64,000 bases of DNA, from assembly GCF_964355755.1 (NCBI RefSeq), contig NC_092679.1, positions 16,165,432 through 16,229,431 on the forward strand, read 5' to 3'. This DNA is from Antedon mediterranea (Eukaryota > Animalia > Echinodermata). The position numbers and the translations under genes are program-made. Positions 24,901 through 35,100 of the stretch are shown one piece after another; the first letter of the stretch is position 1, and every line of letters begins with the position of its first letter. The notes under the pieces were generated by a model. That model did not search any database and was not told the origin of the DNA. It saw only the letters and a list, made by a program, of their open reading frames with translations.

Positions 24901-27900
24901 TTTTTTTTTTACATTTGTGGCCGAAAAATTCTCATTTTTTTTTACATTTGTGGGCGTTATCACATTTGTGGGCGATGATCGTTTTCACAATTGTGGGCGC
25001 TGTTTATTACATTTGTGGTTGATGCGTTTTCACATTTGTGGTTGTTTTCACATTTGTGGGTGATGCGTTTTCACATTTGTGGTTGTTTTCACATTTGTGG
25101 GTGATGCGTTTTCACATTTGTGGTTGTTTTCACATTTGTGGGCGTTTTTACATTTGTGGGTTCAACAGGGGAGGAGGTCTAAATCTAATATATTTTTATT
25201 GCATACACATCCAACAGCAAAAAACTCACCAATTACAGGATGGATAAACTATAACTATCATGCTTATTCTTATAACTAAATCTCATTGGAGGCATTTGAC
25301 GGAGCGGAGTAGAAAGAGTTACATTTGACTAATTCAGGATTGAACTTGAATTGGAAGACAGGCACATTATCCAAGCTACAGCTCCACTATATCAACCAAT
25401 TGTTCCATTTGTATTGTGCCATTCCACCAATGATTCTCATATAATAGTATTAAGCTGTCTACACTATCAAACTTCATGTGACAAAAAAAATGTGATGTGT
25501 ATATATATGGACATGATGACATCATATCACTACCATAATTAGGCATACCACACTTTTTTGGACAAACTAGTTTGATAGTGTAGACAGAGCTTTAGAATAG
25601 TAACTGTAATTGAAAATTATAAATTTATGTCTTTGCAGTAATAAAAAAAAGAGTTGAAGCTGACGAAAACCACGAAGACCCAGAAGACTCGGCAAGCGAG
25701 AGTGTAATGGACACAAGAAGGAACGCCAGTGAACTAGAACAGAAGGAAGTGGAGACATCACCATTAAACGCTGACACTGTAAGAGCTCAGTTACTGCAAC
25801 TTGAAACCATGTACAAAGACATTATTCAACTAATCGGTACAGAGAAGCAATCTGAGAAATCGTCAAAGAAGAATTTCCTAAAGAGGCGAAATTTGAGTAA
25901 ACCATCGACACCGAGAGGAATCACAAAATCTAAATGTAAATATTTTAGTTTTTTAACCAATTAGGAAATTATTAATGATAATGATGTGATAAATTAATGA
26001 AATTTGACATTTTTTCTTTGGTTTTTAATCTAATTTCCTATCATTTGAATTACCCAATTCAATATGTAGTTGTATTGAAATTTTATTTTAATATTTGTAG
26101 TGTAAATAGAACAAATTATTGTACATACAGTATATTCTATTTTAAGCCTATTGAACTTAAAGTAATTATGTAAAGCCAAGTTAAGATACTAAAAAACTTA
26201 ATATCTTTTAGCTGGAGGCAGCCGACCATCAAAACAACGAGAACGTGATCTGAAAACCGTCAACAAAAGGTTCTCTCGAGTCGAATCGCACGTCGTTACG
26301 CTGGCCAGAAGTGTGGCGCACCTCTCCTCGGAGTTACGCACACAAAGCTCTGTACTTCGTGAAGTGGAATTACTGAGGCATGAAGTGAACCAGTTACGAG
26401 ATATGCAAATGATGAATGTCAATGAATTATTATCATCACCGAAATTCCGACCTATTTTACCTCAGTGTGCAAACCCTCAAAGAATAAAGAAACTAACAAA
26501 GTAAGTGTTGATCTTTCCATAGTCAGTTTTCAAATCAACATCAGGCACTCTGAGAGTATATATATCGGATCTGGGATGTTTTGACATATAAGCATTTCAG
26601 CCCAGTTTGCCCAGGGCGTTTAGGCCAACACATCCCTGGGTCAAATTGAATTGAATTTTATGAGTTAAAATGTCCACTTTTGTATGAGGCAAAGCGGAGC
26701 TTAGCACAATCAGACCATGGACCTATAATTTAGAATTTAGGTCCATGATCAGACTTTCACTAATGGAAATATAATACCCATTTATACCAATTATTACTTG
26801 TACCATGCTTGTACAGTATATCAACCAACTCTCATGAGGGCCGGCAAGGCTAATAACAAATGCAACACATTAATTGTTGACAGTGGAGTGTTATTAAATA
26901 TGTAGCTCCTCCTACTAAAATAATCATATAGTTTTGATTGAATCTGATTGTCTATTAAGTATAGGTATGCAGGAAATAGTTGGATTATTTCCTTAATAGT
27001 GACATAGGTTTTACCTCTTTGATTCAAAGCATATCCTGCAATCAAATTTATCTTTTATCTTTGCATTAAATGTACTGTATGTACAGTACTATATAAAAGC
27101 ATGTTTCCATTTAACAAATCTTTAAAACTCTTGCACACGGTCATCTAATATGACTCCCAGATAATACACATGCAAAATTAGCTCTATAGAGGAAGATAGC
27201 AAGAAAGCAAAAAGACCCATTTTAAGACCGAAGAAAATGGACAAAAATGATACAGGATGACTTGAAATTACACACCCAGCCAACGACAGGATTAAATGGC
27301 ACAATTTGGTGGCATATGCACTATGACTAACGACTATGAAGTTTATTAATATATAGTCACCTAATCATCAAGAACTTAGAGCAATTTGTAAATCCATGGT
27401 TAACTGGCGTGCTTGGGTTGTTAAGTCTCAATGCTAATCCGCAGCCTAGAGTTCAACATACAAAAATGTGTACGCCACATATATAAATTGACCATACTTT
27501 GAGTCTCAACATACCCTTATACCTCCATAAATCCTAGCCACTATATTAAATTTTACATTTCTTTTTTAGATTTTTTGGTGAAGAACCGCCACTTCTGGCC
27601 ATGTTTCTCAAGGAATTAGGCTATCAGGTAAGTTTGTAACAGAAAAATTATTTTTAAAATACTTTTGAAATCTTTCTAATCACATTAGTACTGATAATAG
27701 ATTACAATCATTAATATTAATGACACTGACAATGATGACAATAATTATGATTATCATATTTTTCAGAAATACGCTGCAAATTTCGAGAAAGAAGGAATTG
27801 GTATGATTGAGCTTCCGTACTTAAGTGAAGAACGATTAGAAAGTATTGGCGTTCCTATTGGCCCACGTCTACGAATTCTGCAAGAAGCTCAACTAATTGT

Positions 27901-27904
27901 CTAA
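3942..27904 (+). CDS. Multi-exon gene (5' end probably upstream of the window): CH-domain C-terminal half + long disordered region + coiled coil + C-terminal SAM domain (SKIP-like C-terminus), about 950 aa in the window
   Basis: Phase-consistent GT-AG exons: 3942-4067, 5598-5662, 11511-11627, 12638-12680, 12909-13066, 13852-14004, 15178-15279, 15522-15707, 15889-16085, 21361-21463, 21859-22681, 25639-25935, 26212-26500, 27570-27627, 27767-27904 (TAA). Translation: NEKLPGIQTKPIIRAQKAENIRQCLNLLRKKRTDIEGLEAEDIADGSLNAVLDLVSQI (CH-like), RFSRVESHVVTLARSVAHLSSELRTQ, and KKLTKFFGEEPPLLAMFLKELGYQKYAANFEKEGIGMIELPYLSEERLESIGVPIGPRLRILQEAQ (SAM). Confidence 0.88.
5686..5846. mobile_element. PIF/Harbinger-type MITE, family A
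   Basis: TIR (A)GCTCTGTCTA..CTATCAAA / TTTGATAGTGTAGACGGAGCT with TTA on both sides. Confidence 0.8.
6573..7198. mobile_element. Non-autonomous Kolobok-like DNA transposon
   Basis: TTAA on both sides (6569-6572, 7199-7202), AG...CT termini, imperfect TIR AGACCCCTTCCCT / AGGGAATGGGGCT, CpG-richer interior. Confidence 0.7.
8327..9929 (+). mobile_element. Helentron-associated non-autonomous element (HINE/DINE-1-like)
   Basis: Subterminal IRs TTGGTTATCCGC (8331-8342) and GCGGATAACCAA (9887-9898); 5' hairpin GGTTATCC-GCAAC-GAA-GTTGC-A-GGATAACC; (CAT)n/(TTC)n microsatellite; 3' hairpin AACTCGTCA-AAG-TGACGAGTT followed by CTAGT; T-rich flanks. Confidence 0.8.
10998..11093 (+). promoter_or_regulatory. 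Candidate internal TATA promoter and alternative first exon (MTILAKEDIRK, 11061-11093) giving a CH-less isoform
   Basis: TATATAAG at 10998-11005; ACAATG start at 11061; phase-0 donor AAG|GTTTGT matches the phase-0 acceptor at 11511. Confidence 0.55.
13252..13712 (+). mobile_element. Composite SINE: 5S rRNA-derived head + tRNA-like segment + Deu/Nin domain + (ACCTTT)n tail
   Basis: 13252-13371 aligns by eye to 5S rRNA (CCGGTTCTCGTCAGATCACCGAAGTTAAGCA..GGGCCTGGTT..TGGATGGGAGACCG). A-box TGGTGTAATGG and B-box GGTTCGA follow, then CCTTCGGATGGGATGTAAAGCCGTTGGTCCC...TAAAGAAC...AGTAGGGG and the tail TACCTTTACCTTTACCTTT. Confidence 0.8.
16507..16675 (-). repeat. 3' LTR of Gypsy element 1
   Basis: Identical to 21134-21302 by direct comparison. 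Confidence 0.95.
16874..20971 (-). CDS. Gag-Pol polyprotein, 1365 aa (Gag with two CCHC knuckles, protease, RT, RNase H, integrase)
   Basis: CRNCGTDH..C and CRACGKNGHWAKFC; VDTGA; KLDAKAGYW, LPFGL, IADD; CDAS..ERE..TDH..ADGLSR; H-H-C-C; SDNGPHF..NGYIER. Gypsy domain order, no stops. Confidence 0.97.
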   Translation of the reverse strand: MSTMTEHVPRFDWSSPNAADSFKLFQQRVELYFQVKGTDADRQVPLILLAVGEEGLRRYNTWTLTEEQRKEPATIFKKFLEQLEPSENFRICRLKLRKYTQKQGESLDEFINRCKLLALKCDFNDSELNERLIEQIIASTPIPELQKDLMNKPKGFNVQDALKLGRSYEASAAHISELQSMHGQGQIANVSSLFYQQQKCRNCGTDHRLDRQDCPARDDVCRACGKNGHWAKFCLTSKFKDHRSRPKYRTNYAQNHQRYRRGQSPRQRGRYQRNRPYGYDRNVHYLEQSEQTHTDDNDTDCMNTQFESFSFSSIQVSSFCFQDGPKPRDEAFANLKVKLDGRPGTHNLQLKVDTGAQANTLPLRTYRHMFPYNLNTKGYPQPNALEATQNVLTAYNDTKIKCFGTTRIHCCYENSTWLSTTFFVVDVPGPAVIGLPTCEQLRIVTLHCNINNTPTKYNPVVNNIEELIKLYPDQFDRIGEFKTIHKLVVDPNVPSRMNAPRRTPIALKEMIKAELSKMEQLNIIKPIEEPTEWVSSLTYVTKTDGSIRVCLDPKYLNMALVRPQHRIPTLEEINHRFANAKFFSKLDAKAGYWSVKLDHDSQKLTTFQTPFGRYCFQRLPFGLSVSQDIFQLEMDRIIGKCKGVCGIADDIAVFGSTEQEHDANLINFMKVAEQTGLVLNSTKCHIKQDNITFFGNVYTNKGIKPDPKKVQDLRAMPEPTNKTELQQFLGTMTYLSCFIKDFSTKTTVLRDLLKKDVEFLWETHHAKAFEALKREVSETTLLQYYDVNKPVILQCDASIRGLGATLLQYDCNDQLKPITYASKSLTDTEQRYACIERELLSIVFGVQRFHTFLFGRSFHVITDHKPLIMITNKPLTSAPPRLQRMLIKLQGYNFTIEHLPGVKNQLADGLSRLPNMNNNQIIDLDVRVDLVRFSTEKVTQLQQQTTEDPILNQLKGIITNGWPENIKQLPTDMRPYWSYRDEMSTDNGLVLKAQRIVIPSTMQRDILLQLHTAHLGQEKTKLLAKDTVFWPNINKDIDQLVQSCSICQQHQPSQMSEPLLQHDIPTKPWSVLGADLFTFDDHQWLIISDYYSKYPIIRKLPESSPSRVVIDVFKQVFGEHGVPSKVVSDNGPHFSSFVFKEFAKAWSFDHTTSSPRRPQGNGYIERQIRTVKSILKKAKQSSTDYELALLHWRSTPVSQSLPSPAQLLMGRKLKCSLPTKISLTNTNDSDKIYDELKKRQEVQKHYYDLHARTNELTPLIPGQQVRIQNQSSKCWDPATIHRIADEPRSFFVQSPNGKITRRNRQHIREIPVSTPVLQETTVPNKPLNPDPQDKPDVSRTEIEPEQPIIRTRSGREVKIPDRYKP
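21134..21302 (-). repeat. 5' LTR of Gypsy element 1
   Basis: Adjacent to the PBS; identical to 16507-16675. Confidence 0.95.
22881..25167. mobile_element. Foldback-type non-autonomous DNA element with long modular TIRs (about 0.7-0.8 kb)
   Basis: TGTTGAACCCACAAATGT...ACATTTGTGGGTTCAACA; TSD GGGGA (22876-22880, 25168-25172); outer tandem CCACAAATGTGAAAA modules. The arms mirror each other (identical 65-aa pseudo-ORFs at 23294+ and 24524-). Confidence 0.92.
25453..25591. mobile_element. PIF/Harbinger-type MITE, family A
   Basis: TIR AGCT(CT)GTCTACACTATCAAACT / AGTTTGATAGTGTAGACAGAGCT, TSD TTA. Confidence 0.85.
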
Positions 27905-28067
27905 TAGTTTTTTGGTGCTCAGAGCAATTTCAGTTATAAACAAAGACTTGATGTCCATTTCGCTGTCATGAACAAACTGCTCAATACTAAGCTGTGAGTT
28001 TATGCAAAGCAACTGAAGAAAGTTAAATTTGATCAACTAAAGACATTGGACTTGATTCAAATTCATA

Positions 28068-28375
28068 TTTGGTCATGCTTAGCTATCATATATAAGCCAG
28101 CCAGTTTTATGGCCTGTTTCACACTAACAGACAGCAAACCAGATCTTGGAGATCACTCGCTATAGGTTTATTCACATTGATCTTTGGTCATGCAATAGCT
28201 ATCATGATTAAGCCAGCCAGTTTTATGGCCTGGTTCACAGACTGCAAACCAGATCTTGCTATTGGAGATCACTTGCTATAGGTTGATTCACATTCATCTT
28301 TGGTCATGCTTAGCTATCATGATTAAGCCAGCCTTGTTCACACTAACACTAGCAGACTGTAATCCAGCTATCATA
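28068..28375 (+). repeat. About 115-bp diverged tandem repeat (about 2.7 copies) in the 3' UTR of the CH/SAM gene
   Basis: TTTGGTCATGCTTAGCTATCAT..AAGCCAGCC recurs near 28068, 28183 and 28299; AATAAA at 28398-28403. Confidence 0.75.
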
Positions 28376-28688
28376 GTTATTTGAGACCAAATAGTACAAT
28401 AAATTCATTGAATATTTATCATTTTAATCCGTTTTAATTTTTGTTTTATTAAAACTGTTAAATTTATATATTTGCCAAACACACCATCATGGTATCCAGA
28501 AAATCAGCATTTAATTTTTTTAAAATAATTTTACTGACAAATTAAAAGTATATATTTGTAAATATCTTTGACAATGTTTTATACAACTTTAAAGAGAATA
28601 TGATTGTAAATATGTTTTTTTATTGTTTTTAAGAGTCAGCAGGAATAAACAAAAACGGTGCTGATTAGATTTTTAGAATAGTTTGTGT

Positions 28689-28776
28689 TACAGGGGAGGC
28701 GTGGCATAATATGGGCAGAGGAGGCGTCGCATAATATGGGACAGGGGAGGCGTGGCATAATATGGGCAGAGGAGGC
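28689..28776. repeat. Short purine-rich tandem repeat (GGAGGCGTGGCATAATATGGG x3)
   Basis: Directly visible. Confidence 0.7.
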
Positions 28777-29699
28777 AAGATATAGAAGGGAAAGGTATTG
28801 TAGTAGGACAGAGTGAAAGATGCGATTGGGTATCTTCAAAAACACCATAAGAAAGCACATTGAAATTGAAATACATAATTTGTCTGTCTTTAAAAGATCT
28901 TCGATAATTATGCCAAAATATTTATTTATACAGTACTATACTATTTTTTCATTAAACAAGAAGCACTGATTATCATGTAACAATTTACAAACTGCGATAT
29001 TTCTATTTTTTGGAAAATCTGAGAAGACTGAGCTGAATTTATATTTCTTACAATAAAATATTTTGGTAGGCCAATACTTGTCGAATTTTTCTCTTTTTGT
29101 TGTGTTGTGATTTTTTAATTTATTCAATAACTAGTTGTTATTAAGGAGCATTTCCATGGGGAGAATCGAATGCGTTGATTATTGCGCAGGCATATTAATA
29201 TTTTCATCTACTTTTGTGACGTGAAAAAAGTGTGCAGCGTGAATGTTTTATTCAAGTGAATTTATTTGCTAATAGACAACATGCTTTATAATTTCCCATT
29301 TAAAAAATAAGTAAATTAATTCAATGTCTTCTGGAATATTATTTTAAAAATATATCTAAATTTATCCATTTATTGTTTATTCGGAAACAATTAAATATAT
29401 AATTAATGGTAAAAGCACCTTGAATTAGTACTCTTCATATTTTTAATGTGTTTACACACAATTGACACACAATTTTAATTATCCATCATAGAGAAAGGAC
29501 AAAAGTAGGCCTATGAAAATGAAAGTTTGGTATATAGAGTTCAATGGTTTTAAATGAATTTTATTTCCGTGAGTAAACACAACCAGAAAGAAGTTTACAG
29601 AAACTAAAAATAAACTAGTTGTATTGTAAGGTTGTCCGAGACTTAATTAAAGGTTAAAACTCCTACAGTACTATTTCAATTGTCAATGCGGATTAACAA

Positions 29700-29930
29700 C
29701 ATGTAAGAACGAACTTTCGGTCACATGAGAAACCGGAAATAACAGGTAAGACTTGATTTCCCACACTTTTCGGGGACAGCACACACGACACACGTACTAC
29801 CACCAATGGTCGTGCGTGCTTAGATTGAGGCTAGATAAACACTGTTTTCGTTGATAAAAGTGTGACTAATAACGATTTAGTGGACTTATGGCGGAGACGG
29901 AACTTCCATAGGAAGTACAGTAGTAGAAGG
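29700..29930 (+). promoter_or_regulatory. Probable promoter and non-coding first exon(s) of the RIN gene
   Basis: CpG-enriched patch; GTCACATGA (29720-29728); ETS-like CCGGAA (29733-29738); donors CAG|GTAAGA (29745) and AAG|GTAACC (29929). The ATG exon has an acceptor at 39285/39286, so an upstream exon is required. Confidence 0.5.
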
Positions 29931-30310
29931 TAACCATTTCGGTAATACAGTAGTTACTTTGATTTAACATAAACAATCGGCCTACTAGATAGGCTTAGCT
30001 TGGTACTGTTTTTTTTCCTGTCGGTGTCAGATGATACCTGTCTGTAGGCCTAGGCCCTGCTGGGCCTAGTTAGCCTCCCGAGGATACTTAGTTCTATTAT
30101 AGCTAGGCTTAGCCTTAGGCCTATGTATTGACATATTGTAAGCAAATTTATCTGTTCTGGGTTAGGCTTATATAACTTACGAATAAGCTAAATACATGTC
30201 TATATTATAGCATAATCAATTTATTTATTTATTTCTTTATTCTTTATACTAATGAAGCCTCTTCAGTAGTAAACTACTGTTCTCCCACAGTGCTAAGTAT
30301 GTTTAATTAA

Positions 30311-30548
30311 CAGTGGCTGTGTGTGTATTAGAGTACACCGGTGTAACCCCTGCCTGATAGTCTTGAAGAATATACTAGATTTTTAAAAATCCACATGAGC
30401 TAGATGTGTACACTGGACCTACTGTTTATAGTCCTTATCAGAGTAGACTACCACCAGAACTATGGAGTGAGTGAGCCTCAAACCCTTGCCGATGTTATGG
30501 CTATGTAATTACAGTTCCACTGTTCCACTTAACCGCTGAGCCACTCAC
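30311..30548 (-). mobile_element. tRNA/Deu-type SINE copy
   Basis: Homologous to 2131-2360. Confidence 0.75.
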
Positions 30549-30882
30549 TTATTATAGGACTTCAGTGTTTGAAATGAAATTGACAATGCCTGAAAGTAGG
30601 AGTACAATCAGCTTTCAGAACAGTATTTCCAACATGTTACATTACATTCATTCATTTGGGATTTAAATTGGCCGCGATAAACGCAAATTCCGGTACTATC
30701 AACATCACTAGTCCACTTTTGACTTTACACAAAATTTATTAAATTAGATGTTCCAATACTATATGTACTGTATAGTTTACATTTTTACAAATTTTATTTA
30801 AAAATTATATATTTTTTTATTTGAAATTACTAATGTATTCTTTTAGTCTTTAAAATTAAGAAGAATGCTAAATTGTATATTA

Positions 30883-31715
30883 CCGTATATTTCGGTGTAT
30901 AAGTCGCACTTTTGACACGCAAATTTGACCTCTAAATTAAGGGTGCGTCTTATACACCGAACATAAATGCCTCACCACACAGAGTGTACATATTGTCACC
31001 TCGTTGGCTAGGCCTGAGTAGGCTAGGCCTAGCTACAGTATACTAACGTAACGGCAACCTGCTTCTGCCTAGTTTTCAAGGAATTTTAGCGTGATGTTAT
31101 TCTAAATATGATGAAAAGATTTGTTTATTATGGAGCTGTTTTAGGCGCTCCGATTGGAATAGTATTTATTTATAGTTATACGCACGATCGCCGACCGCCG
31201 TACCCCCAGCGCAAGCCCTTCTTGGCGGCCACATGTTGTACGGTATTCGACAAGTATATTCTCCAAGTGATTATAGCATGGACCTAGCATACACACTTCT
31301 CGGATACATAGATACTAATCGAATATGATTGTCCGTGAAAACGTGCGCCCTCTCGAAATGATCGAGTGAGGCTAGCCCCGCCCACACACGTGCGTGTTAC
31401 ACATACGGTCATGCACTCGATGTTAGCGCTCTCGATGTTGCGGGTGCGAAACTCATGAATAACAAGTTAGAAACAACTTGTTGAGGCTGGGCGCGGCCGA
31501 GCCTAGGTAAGAAAAAACCTAAATAAAGGACGCCGTTGTAGATATAACAAAATATATTATTACAATAATATTGATTACAATTTTAAAAAAAACATTGTTT
31601 TGATGAAATATAAGGTGCGTCTTATACATCGACGATATAAAAAATACCGATATTTTACTCTCAGTTAGGGGGTGCGTCTTATACACAGGTGAGACTTATA
31701 CACCGAAATATACGG
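30883..31715. mobile_element. Tc1/mariner (Tc2/pogo-like) non-autonomous element
   Basis: TA TSD; TIR CCGTATATTTCGGTGTATAAGTC / GACTTATACACCGAAATATACGG; subterminal GGTGCGTCTTATACAC repeats. Confidence 0.88.
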
Positions 31716-31781
31716 TAAGTGAAATGGAATAAAGTATGGTGACGTTAAGCCTAAAAATTGTTAGTGCATCAGCACATATTT

Positions 31782-31956
31782 TGTAGTATATGCACGGGCA
31801 CATATAATATATGCGTACTGCGCATATGGTCGGACGAGGTTAGCCTACAAAACGTTCTATACTATTGTTCATGACTACTAGTTGGTTTCATTAAATACGT
31901 TCATTATTATACTCATCTCAACGTACTTATTAATTTGTCTACGACGATACACGACA
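31782..31956 (+). repeat. 5' LTR of Gypsy element 2
   Basis: Direct repeat of 36363-36537. Confidence 0.95.
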
Positions 31957-32132
31957 CTGGCGACGAGGATACAGGCACATTTACATAGAAAGAAACGGAA
32001 GTATAATAATATTATAAAACTAAAGCCTAGGCTAGCAGTTTTTGATTTTCCAACAACGGCAACCGTAACCAAGGAACCGCACAGGCTAATAACGATTCTG
32101 AGCGCCCTGAACGTACAGAGCGAAGCGCGGTA

Positions 32133-35100
32133 ATGGCAGCGGCTAATACCAGAATTCTATTAGAGGAATTCAACGTCCAGGATGGAGACATAGATACGTA
32201 TGTGGACAGGCTGGAACAATATTTTGTGGCATTAGATATCAATGACGGAGGTAAGAAAAGAGCGATATTATTGAGTAGTTTAGGAGAGACTGGATACACA
32301 ACGATACGAGATTTGTGTTTTCCTGATAAACCAAGTACAAAATCGTACGATACGCTCACAACCAAGCTCAAAGAGCATTACAAACCTACTCGAATAACGA
32401 TTTCTGAACGATTTATATTCAGAAATGTAAAACAGACACCGGGACAGACTATTTCTCAATTTGTATCCCATCTAAAGAAAAAGGCGATACATTGTGGTTT
32501 TGAAGGAGAGGCATTGGAAAACGCACTGCGTGATCAGTTCGTATGTGGACTAATAAGTCAGAGCATCCAAAAGAAATTATTGACAAAGAACCATACGTTC
32601 AAGGAAGCAACAGACATAGCCATAGCCTCGGAGGCAGCAACAGCGAATATGAAAAGTATGTCGCACGATGGGGACAAGCCAATCAACCACGTTACGTCTA
32701 ACAGCAGGAAGTCTACGAAAACTTATCAAGCGTCAAAACAAACACGAACGCAGAAATGTGACCGCTGTGGTATGAACAATCATACAAGAGATACGTGTAA
32801 ATACAAAAACGCTACATGCTTTAAATGCAACAAACAAGGACACCTAAAATCAGAATGCAGGCAGTCGAGTAAATCAACAAAACAATATAAACCTAAATCC
32901 ATCAAGCAAGTAGAAGCACCGGATTACGACGAAGGTAATGACGATTTTGTAGATACAATGTTTTGCGTAGGCATTAAGCAGGACAATTCGGTACCACCAA
33001 TAACGGTACAGATGCGAGTTGATGATATAGATATTGATTTTGAAGTAGATACGGGCGCAGCAGTATCGATAATTAGCTTTGACGATTACGAAAGCAAGCT
33101 TAGCCATCTACCATTAAAGTCAGTAAAACGTACACTTCACGCATACACAGGTACTAAGCTCGATATAGCAGGAGAAATTAAAGTCACCGTGAACTATAGG
33201 GGCGAGAGTAACGTTCTCCCACTGATAGTAGTGAGAACACAGCGACGAAACTCACCACCCTTGCTTGGAAGAACCTGGTTAGAAGTGATTAAGTTGGACT
33301 GGAAGTCATTATTTCCACCATCGCTTGCTCAGAATTCGGTAGAAATAGATAACGATGTCGGTCAGTCATTCAAACGGAAGTTCCCAGAAGTTTTCCGAAC
33401 GGAATTAGGTACGGTTCAGGGACACAAAGCGACATTACATCTAAAAGTGAACGCAATCCCAAAATTCTGCAAAGCTCGAAATGTTCCATTTGCGCTACGC
33501 TCCGCAGTTGAGGTAGAGTTAGACAGAATGCAAAACGAAGGAGTTATTTATCCGGTAGACTTTAGTCAGTGGGCAACCCCATTGGTATGTATTCCAAAGG
33601 CCGATGGCAGGGTACGTGTCTGCGGAGATTATAAAGTAACAGTCAACCCGAGTTTAAATTGCGACCAATATCCAATTCCGACCCCAGAGGAAGTTTTCAC
33701 CAAGTTGGGAGGTGGAAAGCGATTCTCTAAGATTGATTTGAAATGTGCGTACCAGCAGTTAGTACTGGAAGACGAGGCGCAAGAGTTGGTAACGATCAAC
33801 ACGCACCGCGGATTATATCGATACACGAGGTTACCGTTTGGTATTTCGTCCAGTCCAGCCATATGGCAGCGATTCATAGAACAGGTGATAGCAGGACTTA
33901 AAGGAACATGTGCGATCATGGACGATGTTCTTGTTACAGGTGCGTCTGATAAAGAGCATATTAGTAATCTTGAGAAACTATTTGAGAGATTTAACAAGTA
34001 TGGTCTCAGAGTGAAAGCTGAGAAATGCGCGTTTGTACAAAAGGAAGTAGTCTACATGGGACGTAAGCTATCAGCAGCAGGAATTCAACCGACAAACGAT
34101 AAAGTGAAAGCCATCAAGGATGCACGAGCACCACAGAATGCAACAGAACTAAGATCCTGGCTAGGACTAGTTAACTATCACGCGTCATTTATTCCACGAT
34201 TATCGACGATGATACATCCTTTGAATGAGCTGTTGGGAAGCAAACCATGGTCATGGACTGTCGACTGTAGTAAAGCGTTTAACGCGGTAAAGCGAATTAT
34301 TAGCGAAGACATGATGTTGACGCATTATGACCCATTAAAACCACTGGAACTATACACGGACGCATCACCATACGGAGTTGGCGCAGTCATTTGCCACGTA
34401 AACGAGAACAATATCAAAACACCGATCGCGTACGCATCGCGAAGCCTGCATAAACACGAAAAGGGTTATGCACAACTAGACAAGGAAGCCCTAAGCATCA
34501 TGTTTGGACTTCAAAGGTTTAGAACATACTTATACGGACGGAAATTCACGATAAGAACTGATCATAAGCCACTTGAACGCATTCTAGGACCTAAATCAGC
34601 TATTCCGACACTGGCCGCACAGAGATTACAGCGATGGGCAATCGTACTGTCAGCGTTCGAATACGATTTAAAGTTCATTCCTGGAAAACAGAACGTAATT
34701 GCCGACGCACTCTCACGTCTCCCAATGCCATACGAAGGACGGGAAGACGATGCAGTATATAACATAGCGGGGCATACATTAGACAATTTGCCAGTCACGA
34801 GTACGAACGTACAACAGCATACCAGGAAAGACCCGCTATTGAGCAAAGTGTTATACATGGTACAGACAGGTTTATGGCAGTCAGAAAACGACGACGATCT
34901 AAAACCATTCCTACACCGAAGAGACGAATTGAGTGTAGAACAGGACTGTTTGCTGTGGGGATACAGGGTAGTGATTCCACCGAAACTCAGAGGGGCAGTT
35001 CTGGAGGAGCTTCATTGTGCTCACCCCGGAATCGTGCGTATGAAAGAGATTGCGCGAAGTCATGTCTGGTGGCCCCAGATAGATTCCGACATTGAACGAT

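Noticed and set aside
22757-25279. Small ORFs (FSHLW repeats; identical 65-aa ORFs on both strands)
   Set aside because: Translations of the foldback element's mirrored arms.
27100-27480. Possible LINE RT relic (YLGVILDD on the minus strand)
   Set aside because: Too degraded to delimit or classify.
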